Of a stretch of 32,000 nt of DNA, positions 18,877 through 30,673 are shown piece after piece. How positions within the stretch are numbered: the first letter of the stretch is position 1; every line of letters starts with the position of its first letter. The notes below the pieces were generated by a model, which saw only the letters and a program-made list of their open reading frames with translations, made no database searches and was not told the DNA's origin. The DNA is from a cyanobacterium endosymbiont of Braarudosphaera bigelowii (GTDB lineage Bacteria > Cyanobacteriota > Cyanobacteriia > Cyanobacteriales > Microcystaceae). Location: NCBI RefSeq assembly GCF_020885515.1, contig NZ_AP024987.1:1140001-1172000 (forward strand), written 5' to 3'. Both the position numbers and the translations under genes were made by a program.

Positions 18877-21243
18877 TTGCAGGATTATATAAGAGATCCA
18901 TTAATTATTAAGACTCAAAGACTTGAAAAAAAGTTAGATGTTCTTCTAACTAACTTACGTTATGAACAAAAGCAGTTAGCTTGTTGGAAATCTGGCAAAA
19001 TGGCTGTTGCTGCCGTTCCTGGCGCAGGGAAAACTTATAGTCTTGCTGTCACAGCTGCAATATTAATTGCCCGTAATAATTTAAATGTTAATAAGCAGTT
19101 AGTTATCGTTACATATACTCGTTCGGCTGCTACAGCAATAGAAACGAAAATAAAACAACATCTTGTTAATTTAGACATTTCTCAAGATGGTTTTGTTGTA
19201 AATACACTGCATGGTTTAGCTCTTCAGATTATTAATCATCATCCTAATTTTTCTAAATTAAACTTAGCAAATTCAACCCTTATTAATCTCACCTCTAATC
19301 ATAAAGTTATTGAAAATTCTGTTGATAAGTGGATTGACAATAATCCTTTGCACTATGAAAGTTTGTTGAAAGGAACTAAAGTTAACAAAGCTAAAACTGA
19401 ACAATTACGTCGCAAATCTATATTAAGAAACGAAATTTTGCCGAAATTTGCATATACTATTATTAGAGAAATAAAAAGTTCTGGTTTAACTTTAAAAGAA
19501 CTTAAAAAATTTAATGAACGTAAACATAATAATTATAAAACTTTATTATTAGCATTTAGTCTTTATAAGGAATATCAAACAATTATGAAATCTTTCAATT
19601 TTATTGACTATGACGATATGATTCATGAATCAATAAATATTTTGGAAGAGCTTGATATTAGAAAAATTTGGCAACAAAAAGTTTTTGCTGTTTTTGAAGA
19701 TGAAGCGCAAGATTCTAGCCCCTTACAAGAAAAATTAATTTCTATTCTTGCCAGTGATGATAATAATCCAAATTTTGAAGCTAATTTAATAAAAGTTGGT
19801 GACTCTAACCAAGCAATAAATTCTACGTTTACTGCTGCTGATCCAATTTACTTTAACTTGTTTTGTGAGACATGCAAAAACAACAAAACTCTAGTACAGA
19901 TGAATCAAGCAGGACGTAGTAATATAGATATTATAAATGCTGCTAATTTTACTTTAAAATGGATGAGAGACGAATGGATCAAAAAACAAAAAAATATTAA
20001 AAATAATTTTTTAGATCTTCCTCAAACACAAATATTAGAAAGAAATATTCCTTTTCATATACAAGAGATAAAATTAGTTGATCGAAATGATCCTCAAGTT
20101 AATGCTAATCCTCAATCATCTAATCCTGGATTAGAAATTCATATTCCTCAAGATATTTATCATAGTATTAAATTAATACGTCAAAAGATCATTACACTTT
20201 TAGAGCAAAACTGTAATCAAAGTATAGCAATTTTAGTCAGAGAAAATCGCCAAGGCCATTTTTTAGCTCAAAATTTAAAAGATTTTCCTGAAAAATATAA
20301 AATTGCAGTTTATGAGGCAGGGACACAAAATCAGTTTTCCCAAATACCAAAGGATATCTTAACTTTATTAAAGTTTATGGATAGACCACATTCTTCCAAT
20401 TATTTGAAAAATTCTTTGGAAATCTTAGAAAAACATAATTTAATAGCAAAACAAGATTGGAATAAAATAGTAACTAATCCTGAAAATTTTTTATATTCTA
20501 CTCCTCTTGTCTCTGAACCTGAAGAATCCGCTTTACAAGCTCGTAACTATTGTCGTAGTTTACTCAAAGCAAAGTTAGAACTTCCTAGTTATTATCTTAT
20601 TGCTTTTTTAGGAGCAATTTTAAAATACGAAAGTACCGAGTTAGCAAGCGTTCAAAAGCTATCTGATAAAGTTTACGACGAACTAAATGAAGCAATAACT
20701 TTAACAAATATTATTAGTGTTTTAAGAAAAATTATTGATCTAGAACAGTTTGAAGAAATTACAGAAGATAATGAACAACTATATGTTAGACCTAATCAAG
20801 TTACTATTATGACTATGCATAAGTCAAAAGGTTTAGACTGGAATTATGTTTTTTTGCCTTTTCTCTATGATGATACTCTATCTGGTGAAGTTAAAATTTC
20901 TCCTACTTCGAACTTTTTAGGAAATTTTTCTTTAGCAGAAATAGCTCGTATTCAAATTCGAACCTTATCTCATAAGAAGTACTTAAGTTATGAGAACAAT
21001 ATTGATATAACTAAAATAGAACAAGTATGGGAGCAAGCAAAGTTATTTAAGAAAATAGAAGAGTATAGATTAATATATGTCGCGATAACTCGTGCAAAAA
21101 ATACTTTATGGATATCTGCAGCAAAGAAAGGGCCTTCATACTGGAGAAATATTAAAGAAAACGTATTTTTAAAACCTAAAACTCCATGCTTAATTTTCCT
21201 GGCATTAATGAATAAATTTCCACAGTTTGTAACTAAGCACTAA
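18877..21243 (+). CDS. UvrD/Rep-family (SF1A) ATP-dependent DNA helicase
   Basis: Walker A VAAVPGAGKT, motif II VFEDEAQDSS, TMHKSKGLDWNYVFLP, RLIYVAITRAKNTLWIS. Start apparently TTG; the first in-frame ATG lies just before Walker A. Confidence 0.85.
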   Translation: MQDYIRDPLIIKTQRLEKKLDVLLTNLRYEQKQLACWKSGKMAVAAVPGAGKTYSLAVTAAILIARNNLNVNKQLVIVTYTRSAATAIETKIKQHLVNLDISQDGFVVNTLHGLALQIINHHPNFSKLNLANSTLINLTSNHKVIENSVDKWIDNNPLHYESLLKGTKVNKAKTEQLRRKSILRNEILPKFAYTIIREIKSSGLTLKELKKFNERKHNNYKTLLLAFSLYKEYQTIMKSFNFIDYDDMIHESINILEELDIRKIWQQKVFAVFEDEAQDSSPLQEKLISILASDDNNPNFEANLIKVGDSNQAINSTFTAADPIYFNLFCETCKNNKTLVQMNQAGRSNIDIINAANFTLKWMRDEWIKKQKNIKNNFLDLPQTQILERNIPFHIQEIKLVDRNDPQVNANPQSSNPGLEIHIPQDIYHSIKLIRQKIITLLEQNCNQSIAILVRENRQGHFLAQNLKDFPEKYKIAVYEAGTQNQFSQIPKDILTLLKFMDRPHSSNYLKNSLEILEKHNLIAKQDWNKIVTNPENFLYSTPLVSEPEESALQARNYCRSLLKAKLELPSYYLIAFLGAILKYESTELASVQKLSDKVYDELNEAITLTNIISVLRKIIDLEQFEEITEDNEQLYVRPNQVTIMTMHKSKGLDWNYVFLPFLYDDTLSGEVKISPTSNFLGNFSLAEIARIQIRTLSHKKYLSYENNIDITKIEQVWEQAKLFKKIEEYRLIYVAITRAKNTLWISAAKKGPSYWRNIKENVFLKPKTPCLIFLALMNKFPQFVTKH

Positions 21244-21448
21244 AGATGTATATCTTATAATCATTACAGTATTAAAAATACATAAATCACCAAAACATGA
21301 CAAATAAATATATATTATTTCTTAAATAAAAATAGTTTCTAAAATATATTTAACTGCAAAATTCATAGATACATTAAATTCTTTAAACTTTAAATATAAT
21401 AAAAAAATCTTAGTTGAGCTATAAAGATAAATGCTTACACATTAAAAT

Positions 21449-22732
21449 ATGTTTTCAAAAAAAAATATCATTAAAAATGATCTAACTTTAGAACTTATCG
21501 CTATTCTTAGCATTTATTTTATTCAAGGGATTATGAATTTGGCTCGCTTAGCGATAAGTTTTTTTCTTAAAGATTATCTTTTTCTTAATCCATCTCAAAT
21601 GAGTCTTATAATAGGTATTTCTACTATTCCTTGGGTTATAAAGCCACTTTTTGGATTTTTTTCTGATAATTTTCCACTATTTAACTACCGTCGTCGCTCA
21701 TATCTTATATTTTCAGGTTTATTAGGAAGTTTATCTTGGAATCTTTTAGCAACAGTTAAAAGTAATATTTTGTTAGCAACTATGATTATTACTTTAATTT
21801 CTGTCTCTACGGCAATTGCTGATGTTATTGTGGATTCACTAATTGTAGAAAAAGCTCAAGATAAGTCTTTAGAAAAAGTAGCAGAACTTCAATCTCTGAC
21901 ATGGGGAGCTGTTGCTTTTGGTAGTCTTATTACGTCTTACTTGAGTGGTTGGTTACTAGAAGAATTTAGTGGCAAGACAATTTTTAGGATCACATCTTTT
22001 TTCCCTTTTTTTATTTGTATTATGGCGTTATTAATTGTGGAGAAAAAAATTAATAATGATGTAAATGGTGTTCAATATAGTAGCTGTTTAATAAAACAGC
22101 ATATAAATCAGATATTAAAAGTTATTAGACAGAAATCAATTTTATTGCCAACTCTTTTTATATGCTTTTGGCAGTCTACCCCTAATACAGAATCGGTTTT
22201 TTTTTACTTTATTACTAATGAATTAGAATTCAAAGCAGAGTTCTTAGGAAGAATTCGTTTAGTAACAAGTGTCGCAGCCTTATTAGGAATTTTTATATAT
22301 CAAAAGTTGTTAATAAATATTTCTTTTAGAAAAATTTTAAAATATAGTATTATTACTTCTTCGATACTAGGAATGAGTATGTTGTTACTAGTAACTCATC
22401 TTAATAGAAAATTAGGTATCAATGATTATTGGTTTACTTTAGGAGATAACATAGTCGAAGCTGCTATAGGAAAGATAGCCTTTATACCTGTGTTGACTTT
22501 GTCAACTAAGATATGTCCAAAAGGTATTGAGGCAACTCTTTTTGCTCTCCTAATGTCATTGATTAATTTTTCTGGTATTCTATCTAATGAATTAGGAGCA
22601 TTTTTAACTTATATTTTGGGAATTACAGACATCAATTTTGACAAATTTTGGATATTAATTATCCTAGCTAATTTATCTACACTTTTACCGTTATTGATTA
22701 TCAATTGGTTGCCAGATGAAATAAAAAGTTAA
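21449..22732 (+). CDS. Folate/biopterin transporter (BT1/FBT) family MFS protein
   Basis: MFS-like hydrophobic protein; INLARLAISFFLKDYLFLNPSQMSLIIGISTIPWVIKPLFGFFSDNFPLFNYRRRSYL and TAIADVIVDSLIVEKAQ are FBT-like. Confidence 0.82.
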   Translation: MFSKKNIIKNDLTLELIAILSIYFIQGIMNLARLAISFFLKDYLFLNPSQMSLIIGISTIPWVIKPLFGFFSDNFPLFNYRRRSYLIFSGLLGSLSWNLLATVKSNILLATMIITLISVSTAIADVIVDSLIVEKAQDKSLEKVAELQSLTWGAVAFGSLITSYLSGWLLEEFSGKTIFRITSFFPFFICIMALLIVEKKINNDVNGVQYSSCLIKQHINQILKVIRQKSILLPTLFICFWQSTPNTESVFFYFITNELEFKAEFLGRIRLVTSVAALLGIFIYQKLLINISFRKILKYSIITSSILGMSMLLLVTHLNRKLGINDYWFTLGDNIVEAAIGKIAFIPVLTLSTKICPKGIEATLFALLMSLINFSGILSNELGAFLTYILGITDINFDKFWILIILANLSTLLPLLIINWLPDEIKS

Positions 22733-22771
22733 TACTAAGGAAACAATTATTTTGAAAAAAATTATGTAATG

Positions 22772-22859
22772 AAATATTATTTAAATCTTTATTGTTGATA
22801 TATAGTACTTTCAAATATTATTTAAATCTTTATTGTTGATATATAGTACTTTCAAATAT
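22772..22859. repeat. Tandem direct repeat, 41-bp period, about two copies
   Basis: AAATATTATTTAAATCTTTATTGTTGATATATAGTACTTTC at 22772-22812 and 22813-22853, then a partial third AAATAT. Confidence 0.9.
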
Positions 22860-22888
22860 GATACCTTTTTTTATTTAAAACATATAAA

Positions 22889-22916
22889 AATAGTTTAATA
22901 TTTATATTAAACTATT
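22889..22916 (-). terminator. Likely eno terminator hairpin
   Basis: 12-bp perfect stem AATAGTTTAATA/TATTAAACTATT, 4-nt loop. On the minus strand it is followed by a T run and lies about 40 nt past the eno stop. Confidence 0.65.
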
Positions 22917-22958
22917 ACTGAATTCTGATTCACTAAAATCAAATATTATAATTCAAGA

Positions 22959-24281
<1,323 letters not shown>

Positions 24282-24356
24282 CTATCTATATACAAACAAT
24301 ATAGTAATTTATTACTCGTATATAAATAATAGTAAAACTATTATTTATATAGTTAC

Positions 24357-25601
24357 TTATTTTTTTGATAAGATAGGCTGTTTACCTGATAATCCTGTCA
24401 TTAGTCGCAAAACATTATTTTTTAGAAGCGGTATCTGGTTGATGACTACTAAACCAAAGCGGCGCATTAGTACTAAAAGAAAATAATTATTAGAAAATAA
24501 ACGATCTAGAAAATCAGTAAAACCTAAAATTATCCAGTTTTCCCGTCGCCTTAATGACTCATACTCTTTTAATAGTCTTTGACTACCAATATCTTCACCT
24601 TTTTCCCAAGCTTTTTCTAATATTTCTGCTAAAACTGCTACATCTCTTATCCCTAAATTTAATCCTTGTCCCCCAACTGGATGACAGCAATGAGCAGCAT
24701 CTCCAACTAATGCTAGCCGAGATTGAATATAATTTTTACTTTGCATTAACTGCACAGGGAATAAAGATCTGTTATTCATTAAAGTAATAGAACCTAATAA
24801 TTTCGGAATATGCGTTTTTAATTGTGCTAAAAATTCTGTATCTTCTAGATCGTGAAGAGCTTTGGCTTGAGCATGTGGAAGAGTCCAAACAATCTGGCAC
24901 CGATTATTTGGTAGAGGTAAAATAGCTAGGGGTCCAGTATACCAAAATCTTTCAAAGGCTATATCATTACGGGAAGCCTGATGCTTAATAATAAATGTAA
25001 GACATGATTGCCAGTACTTCCAACCTTGAGTCTTAATCTCTGCAGATGAACGAACAAAAGAAAGTGGTCCATCAGCGCCAACTACTAGTTTAGCTCGTAG
25101 TTTATACGCTATGTCATCCTTTTCTATGTTTACTATGGATTTTGATTTTTCAGTATCTAACTTTACAACTTTAGTAGAAGATAAAAGCTGAATATTAGGA
25201 TACTTTACGGTTTCATTTTGTAAAATATCTAAAATTACTTTATGTTCACCTACATATCCTAAAGAATCTGTTTTTAAATCTGTTGATTTAAACTTTACTA
25301 CTTCTGAGAAGTCAGCATCTGAAAGAAAAATGTAATTAAATTTACTAATTTCAGGTAATATTTTTGACCAAATACCAATACCGTTAAAAATTCTACCAGA
25401 TAGTAGAGAAAGAGCATAAGCTCTTTCTCTACAAGCAACTTTTTCTAAAGTTTGTGATTCTATAATCTTAATTTTTAATCCTGATTCTTTAAGGGCTAAA
25501 GCTAAAGTTGTACCTGCAATACCTCCTCCAACTATAGCAAGATCGCACTCTAAATAACTAGTAGAATCTAATTGATTTAATGTTGCTGGTTGTAAAGTCA
25601 T
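24357..25601 (-). CDS. UbiH/COQ6-family FAD-dependent monooxygenase
   Basis: Rossmann LAIVGGGIAGTTLALAL, LVVGADGPLSFVR, RLALVGDAAHCCHPVGGQGLNLGIRD. Confidence 0.85.
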   Translation of the reverse strand: MTLQPATLNQLDSTSYLECDLAIVGGGIAGTTLALALKESGLKIKIIESQTLEKVACRERAYALSLLSGRIFNGIGIWSKILPEISKFNYIFLSDADFSEVVKFKSTDLKTDSLGYVGEHKVILDILQNETVKYPNIQLLSSTKVVKLDTEKSKSIVNIEKDDIAYKLRAKLVVGADGPLSFVRSSAEIKTQGWKYWQSCLTFIIKHQASRNDIAFERFWYTGPLAILPLPNNRCQIVWTLPHAQAKALHDLEDTEFLAQLKTHIPKLLGSITLMNNRSLFPVQLMQSKNYIQSRLALVGDAAHCCHPVGGQGLNLGIRDVAVLAEILEKAWEKGEDIGSQRLLKEYESLRRRENWIILGFTDFLDRLFSNNYFLLVLMRRFGLVVINQIPLLKNNVLRLMTGLSGKQPILSKK

Positions 25602-25745
25602 ACTAGATGTAGTTTCGCAAAAATAATAGTAAGTGTCTACTATTTATTGTGACCTGAGTTTTGACAAGGTGCAAGAGAAAATAATCTACTTCGTATCTTA
25701 ATACTTTTAAAATAGATAACCTTGTAAAGTATTACAGCCTATATA

Positions 25746-28370
25746 TCAAGTTAATAATAATATTTGTCTATGAATTTTTAGCAAGCTAATTTTTTGTCTT
25801 GATATTTTTTCTAGCATTAAAACGACATCTTTAGGAGATAATATAATCCCTTCATCTTGAAAATTACTCGTAAACGAGAGAACAACGACTTCATTTTCAA
25901 AAGAATCTAGTTTCAAAGAAATCATTTGATTTCTTAAGTTAATAATCTTAAAGTTTCCTGATTTTGTTGTTTTTTCCCAGTTAATTTCTTTTTTTACCAA
26001 AATACTATTAATCCAACTTTCCCAAACTTTTCTAGATATTATATGCTTTGTTTCAAGTTTAATAAGATATTCCGACCCCTTTAGTAACTGAGTTGTTGAT
26101 TTAGAATTAGTCTTTATTTCTTCAATATCGTAAAGTGGTAAATTTTTGGGTAAGCTATTTTGCAATACTGAATAGAAATCAGTGATGTCTAGAGTTTCAG
26201 TTAATTCAAAATCAATAATTTCTCCATTACTTGTTACACCTAAAGTAAGTGCATTAGCAATAGAAAATCTAGGCCCAGGGTGATACCCTCCAGTAAAAGA
26301 TATAGGTAGAGATGCACGTCGTAATACTCTATCAAATAGACGTATTAGATCAAGATGACTTAATAAAGATATTTCATTTATTTTTCCAAAATAAATACGA
26401 AATCTTTGAACTCTAATGTTATTAACTTGAAAATTACCATTGAATTTTGGAACAGGAGGTGGAGGAACTATAATATTGTGACCAAAATTTAAACCACATA
26501 CTCCACAATGAGAACATTTTTCAAAAGCACAATCAGGAATTAATACTTCTCTTAAAGCCCTTTCTAAATCTTCCAATAACCATTTTTTACTAATACCAGT
26601 ATCGATATGATCCCATGGCAAAGGTATATCGCATAGCTTATGTTGTTTGGTTGTATTTTGAACTTCACTAAAGATATTCCATTCTCCTTTTTCTATGCTG
26701 CGATACTCCCAACTAAGTCCTGACTCTTGAATAGATTTTTCCCATGCTAAGTAGGCTTTCTCTGCATTTTCCCACCATGAATCCATTCCAGCTCCCAATT
26801 CCCAGGCACGTTTAATGACTTTAGATAATCTTCTGTCACCTCTTCCAATAAAATCTTCCATTCTTGAAATTCTCAAATCAGTATAATTAACCTTGATACC
26901 TTTTTGAGACTTAAATGCTTCTTTCAACAACTTTTGTTTATCTTTAAACTCTGAGTTAGATACTGAATGCCACTGGAAAGGAGTATGTGGTTTAGGAGTA
27001 AAATTAGATATGGTAATTGTAAAGCTCAACGGCTTTCCCTTTTTTTTTCTACACTCTTGTTGTAACCATTGAACAGTTTCTACAATACCAAGAATATCTT
27101 GATATGTTTCTCCTGGTAAACCAATCATAAAATAGAGTTTAATTCTATCCCATCCTTCTTCAACTGCTGTACTTATCCCTTGCAAAAGTTCTTCATTTGT
27201 TAGTCCTTTATTGATTACATCACGCATTCTTTGAGTTCCTGCTTCAGGAGCAAAAGTTAAACTAGACTTGCGATTTCCACCAATAATATTGGCAATATTT
27301 TTATCGAATCTATCTACTCTTTGGCTAGGAAGGGATAAAGTAATATTATATTTTTGGAGACGATTTTTAATTTCTATACCTACACTTGGGAGAGCTAAAT
27401 AGTCAGAACAGCTTAAAGATAGCAGTGAAAATTCGTTATATCCAGTTTCTCTAATACCTTGTTCGATAGTTCCTATAATTTCTTCAGGTTCAACATCTCT
27501 TGCTGGACGTGTCAACATTCCTGGCTGACAAAATCGACACCCACGTGTACATCCACGTCTTATCTCCACTACTAGACGATCATGAATGGTTTCAACAAAA
27601 GGGACTAATCCTACACCATAAGAAGGCATAGGACGAGCTACACGGCGTACAATTTTTGGACAAACATCTAAGTGATTAGGTATAACTTGACCAGATTTTT
27701 TTACGTTATAAAAACGAGGAACATATACACCTGGTATTTTGGCTAGGTCTAATAATAATTCTTGTTTATTTAACTGATTAGCTTTTCCTTGTTCAACAAC
27801 TAAACCTATTTCTGACAAGAGTTCTTCTCCGTCTCCTAACGCTAGGAAATCAAAAAAATCAGCAAAAGGTTCAGGATTAGAAGTAGCAGTTTGCCCTCCA
27901 GCAAAAATTAAGGGATAGTCCCAATTTTTTTGTAAATTATTACTTGAATCTTTTATTGAAAGTTCTCTTTCTTTCCAAGTTAAAGGAATTCCTGATAAAT
28001 CAAGCATTTCTAAAATATTCGTTATTCCAAGCTCATAGCTAAGATTAAAACCAAGGATATCAAATTCTATTAGTGGATGGCGAGATTCTAAACCGAAAAG
28101 TAAGGTATTAGTCTCTCTTAATCTTGTTGCTAAATCTGGAGCAGGTAAATAAGCACGATCACATAATTGACGAGGTTGAGTATTTAAAATATTGTATAGA
28201 ATAATATGACCTAAATTAGATGCTCCTAATTCATAAACTTCTGGATAAGTGAGTACCCAACGAACATTGACGTCATTCCAAGGTTTATGTTTAGCACCTA
28301 CTTCATTACCAAGATATCGAGCTGGTTTAACAATATTTGGAGTAATGAGTTCTTCTATATCGATTATCAT
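25746..28370 (-). CDS. TIGR03960-like B12-binding radical SAM protein fused to a TIGR03936/DUF2344 domain
   Basis: Radical SAM motif RRGCTRGCRFCQPGMLTRP; C-terminal SLLSHLDLIRLFDRVLRRASLPISFTGGYHPGPRFSIANAL. 874 aa. Confidence 0.88.
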   Translation of the reverse strand: MIIDIEELITPNIVKPARYLGNEVGAKHKPWNDVNVRWVLTYPEVYELGASNLGHIILYNILNTQPRQLCDRAYLPAPDLATRLRETNTLLFGLESRHPLIEFDILGFNLSYELGITNILEMLDLSGIPLTWKERELSIKDSSNNLQKNWDYPLIFAGGQTATSNPEPFADFFDFLALGDGEELLSEIGLVVEQGKANQLNKQELLLDLAKIPGVYVPRFYNVKKSGQVIPNHLDVCPKIVRRVARPMPSYGVGLVPFVETIHDRLVVEIRRGCTRGCRFCQPGMLTRPARDVEPEEIIGTIEQGIRETGYNEFSLLSLSCSDYLALPSVGIEIKNRLQKYNITLSLPSQRVDRFDKNIANIIGGNRKSSLTFAPEAGTQRMRDVINKGLTNEELLQGISTAVEEGWDRIKLYFMIGLPGETYQDILGIVETVQWLQQECRKKKGKPLSFTITISNFTPKPHTPFQWHSVSNSEFKDKQKLLKEAFKSQKGIKVNYTDLRISRMEDFIGRGDRRLSKVIKRAWELGAGMDSWWENAEKAYLAWEKSIQESGLSWEYRSIEKGEWNIFSEVQNTTKQHKLCDIPLPWDHIDTGISKKWLLEDLERALREVLIPDCAFEKCSHCGVCGLNFGHNIIVPPPPVPKFNGNFQVNNIRVQRFRIYFGKINEISLLSHLDLIRLFDRVLRRASLPISFTGGYHPGPRFSIANALTLGVTSNGEIIDFELTETLDITDFYSVLQNSLPKNLPLYDIEEIKTNSKSTTQLLKGSEYLIKLETKHIISRKVWESWINSILVKKEINWEKTTKSGNFKIINLRNQMISLKLDSFENEVVVLSFTSNFQDEGIILSPKDVVLMLEKISRQKISLLKIHRQILLLT

Positions 28371-28463
28371 AAATAGTTCCCTGAGATTCTTTCCTAATGT
28401 TCTTTAGTCTTTCAAATGTATTAGAAGTATAGAGAAAAGAATTAAAAAATATAAAACAATCTT

Positions 28464-28832
28464 TCAATATTTAAACAGTTCACTTCCGACTGCTTCTCTT
28501 GTTTGGTGTATATATACTTGGCGATCATTGTAGATTTCTAATGCCTGATCTAATTGGGTTAGCTCAAAAATAATACGTACTGAAGGAGATAAAGAACAAA
28601 CACTTAACTTTTTGTTGAGGCGTTGAGCGAGCCGAAAGGCTGACACAATGGCTATTAGTCCTGTACTATCTATAAATTCAACTTTTCTCATATCGACTAA
28701 GAACTTTTTACAAACACTATTACTTATAAAACTGTTTAATTCTTTTTGAAAATCACTAACATTGTTAGAAGTAATATAGCCATTAGGTTCAAAAACGGCT
28801 GTTTCCAAATGAATTAAATGATTTCCTATCAT
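28464..28832 (-). CDS. STAS-domain protein / anti-sigma factor antagonist-like
   Basis: VDMRKVEFIDSTGLIAIVSAFRLAQRLNKKLSVCSLSPSVRIIFELTQLDQALEIY; Ser in the FIDSTGL motif retained. Confidence 0.85.
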   Translation of the reverse strand: MIGNHLIHLETAVFEPNGYITSNNVSDFQKELNSFISNSVCKKFLVDMRKVEFIDSTGLIAIVSAFRLAQRLNKKLSVCSLSPSVRIIFELTQLDQALEIYNDRQVYIHQTREAVGSELFKY

Positions 28833-29118
28833 TGATATTTTTCCTCAAATTTACAATTAATTTTTACTATATTAATCAAATCATAGATGATTTTTAAAAA
28901 TATACTCTTTTGTAAAAAATAAGCTATTAGTTATAGTTTCTAATGTTATTTGTGTAGCTAAATATTTTTTGATTAATATAACTAATTTTTATATTTCAAA
29001 AATAAATATCAATGAAAATTATTTCTAAAAGTTTTCCGAACTTACTTTATCCATGGAAATTAGTCTAGCATTATATAGATTGTTTGTCATAGAAAATGGT
29101 TCTCTTATTATTTTTTTT

Positions 29119-29155
29119 AATCCTAATAAACTTTAACTTCTTGTTTGTTAGGATT
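29119..29155. repeat. Imperfect inverted repeat (13-bp arms, one G-T wobble, 11-nt loop)
   Basis: AATCCTAATAAAC (29119-29131) and GTTTGTTAGGATT (29143-29155). Confidence 0.6.
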
Positions 29156-29364
29156 TAAAAAGAGATTGATTGAAAGATGTTAGCTTACATTACTCGATAC
29201 TAAAGAATTAAAATTTTATGAAAAGTAGGAACTGATATGATAATACAATATATTTAGCTAAACTTTTATTTAGTTAATAGTTTAAAGTCTGTAAAATTGA
29301 TCGGTTATTATACTGTTTGTTGTCCAGAAGAATATTCTTCTAACTATTTTATTAGTTTTTTTTA

Positions 29365-29913
29365 TCATCTTAATGATTTTAAGTATTTTTTGTGTATGAT
29401 TTTAAATATTTTTTTAATTCGTAGATCTAGAGAAAATCCACGTTGAGCTTGAATCAATATAGTATTACTGATCATATCATGCAATGTTTGACTATATCGT
29501 TTTTGGCTTCCTAAGGCTGCACTGAAGTCTACTATTAAAGGAGTTATCAAAAGTAGCATCGAAAGACCATTATTAAGATTAATACTAAATCCTAATATAG
29601 CTAACAAAGCTAATAATCCTAGAGTAATTTCACGTTTAAGAATTTCATCTAATCGGGGAATACGTCCACATCGAACACTTGTAATTTTTAAATCAAATGC
29701 CCAGTTACCTAAACTTTGTCCTTTATTTTTAAAAACTACAACTACTTTTAATATTAACCATATGAAAATAAAAATAGTATTTTGCAGAATTCCTTTAAAA
29801 AAAGAGCTTAAAAACCATATTGTAATAAAATCTAGTAAAAATGCATATATTCGACGATTAAATGGTGCCTTTGAAAAATGATTATGTACCAATGATGAAT
29901 GCTTAGAAGACAT
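29365..29913 (-). CDS. RDD family membrane protein
   Basis: APFNRRIYAFLLDFITIWFLSSFF, KNKGQSLGNWAFDLKI, SLGSQKRYSQTLHDMISNTILIQ. Confidence 0.82.
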   Translation of the reverse strand: MSSKHSSLVHNHFSKAPFNRRIYAFLLDFITIWFLSSFFKGILQNTIFIFIWLILKVVVVFKNKGQSLGNWAFDLKITSVRCGRIPRLDEILKREITLGLLALLAILGFSINLNNGLSMLLLITPLIVDFSAALGSQKRYSQTLHDMISNTILIQAQRGFSLDLRIKKIFKIIHKKYLKSLR

Positions 29914-30182
29914 ATAACTTACTATAAATCGATATTAATTTAATTTTCAATAAGCATTCTATTGCATCTAACTATTAGTTAATAAATATATTTTGAAAAA
30001 TTCAATCTTTTACTTGATGTTATTCTTAATATAAACATATTTATTAAACTAAAGATTATTACTTATTTAATACATTAAGAATACTACCTAAATATGGCAA
30101 AGAATTATTTATAGTCTTATTTAGTATATAAAAGAGTTAAATAAAATTAATTTATAAACTTTTAACTTATAAAAAAATAGTT

Positions 30183-30668
30183 TTAACGGAACAGGTTACT
30201 AGATGACTTTGGGTAGAAATTTACAATAAATAATAAAATAATACCAAAATTGATTGAAATATCAGCTAAATTAAATATTGGAAAATTAATTAAACGAAAG
30301 TCCAAAAAATCCACCACATATCCAAAGAAAAATCTATCAACTCCATTACCAAGAGCCCCTGCTAGTATAAAACCATAGCCTAACTGCTCAAGCACCTTCA
30401 TCTTTTCCCCAAATAAAGATAATACTATTAATCCTATACTTATTCCTAGGGAGATCCAACGTAACCAGATTACTCCTCCCTCAAAGAAACTAAAAGCAGT
30501 TCCGGTGTTTATAACATAAGTAAAATGAAAAATTCTAGGCAAAAAAGGAATTGTATCTCCAATTTCAATAAATGATTTCATTACCCAATACTTACTAATC
30601 TGGTCTAGTAGTAAATTGCTAAAACCGATTAGCCAAAACCATATATTTTTTTTTAGAATGTTATTCAT
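30183..30668 (-). CDS. lspA: Lipoprotein signal peptidase (signal peptidase II)
   Basis: LLLDQISKYWV, YVINTGTAFSFFEG, GGALGNGVDRFFFGYVVDFLDFR, FNLADISINFG. Confidence 0.94.
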   Translation of the reverse strand: MNNILKKNIWFWLIGFSNLLLDQISKYWVMKSFIEIGDTIPFLPRIFHFTYVINTGTAFSFFEGGVIWLRWISLGISIGLIVLSLFGEKMKVLEQLGYGFILAGALGNGVDRFFFGYVVDFLDFRLINFPIFNLADISINFGIILLFIVNFYPKSSSNLFR

Positions 30669-30673
30669 ATTTG

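Noticed and set aside
24554-24787. 77-aa plus-strand ORF
   Set aside because: Antisense to the UbiH-like gene; low-complexity Leu-rich translation typical of a shadow ORF.
28833-29364. Possible pseudogene or sRNA in the 530-nt spacer between the STAS and RDD genes
   Set aside because: Frames are broken by frequent stops and no protein fragment is recognisable. Only a modest hairpin at 29119-29155 was found.
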